A DNA stretch of 63,186 nucleotides, counting the filler, from Saprolegnia diclina VS20 (Eukaryota): NCBI RefSeq assembly GCF_000281045.1. It is 6 parts of 3 records of this genome, joined end to end, with 100 filler letters (N's around TTAATTAATTAA, not from the genome) between each part and the next. Parts side by side here need not be neighbours in the genome. Positions count along the whole stretch, not along the records: positions 62,124 to 63,186 come from NW_008246134.1; 5 more parts are not named here. One strand, 5' to 3'. How positions within the stretch are numbered: position 1 is the stretch's first letter; every line of letters begins with the position of its first letter. The notes beneath the pieces are model-generated. The model was not told where the DNA came from. It worked only from the letters and a program-made list of their open reading frames with translations, and searched no databases. Below, in pieces: positions 62,124 through 63,186 of this stretch. The position numbers and the translations under genes are program-made.

Positions 62124-63090
62124 TTATGAACCAGGAGGCAATGTTGTCGGCGTCGACACCGCCCGAATTGTTAGTGAAAAACCCATTGTTCTCATCAAAG
62201 CCAAACGCCTTGATGTTGCGCGCACCGTGCAATGCTTTCTTGGCATCCTTCTTCAAGCCGGAAGATGCCACGGAGCCGACGAGTGCAAAGTTGCCATTGC
62301 GCCCAAAGGCAACGCAACAGTCCTTCGTCATGGATTTCGAAAACTTCTTGGAGACGTTCTTGCTGGCCCAGCAGTGAGTGCCGCTGCCATCAGGCTTGGT
62401 ACTGCTAATGTACCACTCGCCGTTGGGGCCGAGGGCCGCGTGCGTTACGTGCCGGCCTTTCGAGATGCAGTTGTCGATCTGGCGCGCCATCGTGTGCGGA
62501 ATACGGTACTTGAAGCGCTGCGTGGTCGTCCCACCTGCTTGGACCTCGTTGAGCACGAGGAGGTAGTAGTCGCCTTGGAGTATCGCAACAGGGATCGAAC
62601 GACCAGCCGCCAGCTCGGTCAGGCGCGGCGGACACTGCGAGAGGACGTCCGATTGCTCGAGACGGCACCAGCCGACATGATTGTTGTACGAGACTCGCGC
62701 ATACAAGCTGCCGGTACTTGCGATGACGTGGCAAGTTGTCGAGTCGAGGTGATTGATAGGCAACGTCGCCAAAGCGTTGCTGTTTGCCCAGGTGTGAATG
62801 TTGCGGTACACATTCGTCGGCGTCGACACCTTGATGATGGTACAGGTCGTAGTCGCAGTATACGACCCCAAGCAGCGTAGCGGCAGCCAGGCGGTGCAGT
62901 TGTCGAGCCGGACAAAGACGTCGTTGGTCACCGGGTCTTGTACGCGGAGATTCGAAGCCACAAAGCTGTTAAGTTGCAGCGTGCCGTCTTGCTCAAAGAC
63001 GCAGTGGTCGCCGCTCGCGGGACGGCAATAGAGCCGCGATGCGACTGTAGCAACATACATGGCAAGCGCCGGTGTCGTCGTCGCACGCAT
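62124..63090 (-). CDS. Uncharacterised protein (SH3-like N-terminal segments, beta-rich 'G.NG' repeats), truncated by gap
   Basis: >320-codon open frame with coding-like codon usage; repeats 'AALGPNGEWYI', 'VAFGRNGNFAL' and 'FGFDENNGFFT'. Confidence 0.6.
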
Positions 63091-63186
63091 TGCCACGGCA
63101 GTGTACGGCGCGTGCCCTTGCTACTCGCAGATGTAGCAATTACGTAAGGCGGGCTCGTTGGCGGCCGCCAAGAGCAAGAAAATGTG

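Overview
Eukaryotic, GC-rich, intron-dense DNA that looks oomycete, most likely Saprolegniales (Saprolegnia/Achlya-like). This rests on the gene families present, ~42-63 nt GT-AG introns and Inr/FPR-type core promoters. The window is six contigs joined by five 100-nt N44-TTAATTAATTAA-N44 assembly linkers, so adjacency across linkers is not proven. Genes: SMC6 (~16 introns), an NSUN5/Rcm1 methyltransferase, an uncharacterised 'LRCFPHCCP' protein with an 8-nt microexon, a SMYD-like SET protein, a receptor-type TKL kinase with a Cys-rich (elicitin-like) ectodomain, an acidic membrane-anchored protein, three tandem APC permeases (third truncated by a gap), a Thr/Pro mucin, an NSDHL-like 3-beta-HSD and a partial SH3-like protein. 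A degenerate inverted-repeat element sits at 12.6-14.9 kb. The standout is a 23-kb array (31.5-54.4 kb) of 12 apparently intact paralogues encoding a basic/leucine-zipper region plus a putative START/SRPBCC-like C-terminal domain. These are candidate lipid/sterol-responsive regulators and show copy-specific intron differences. No rRNA, tRNA or CRISPR was seen. All gene models were hand-spliced and family calls come from motif recognition; no searches were run.
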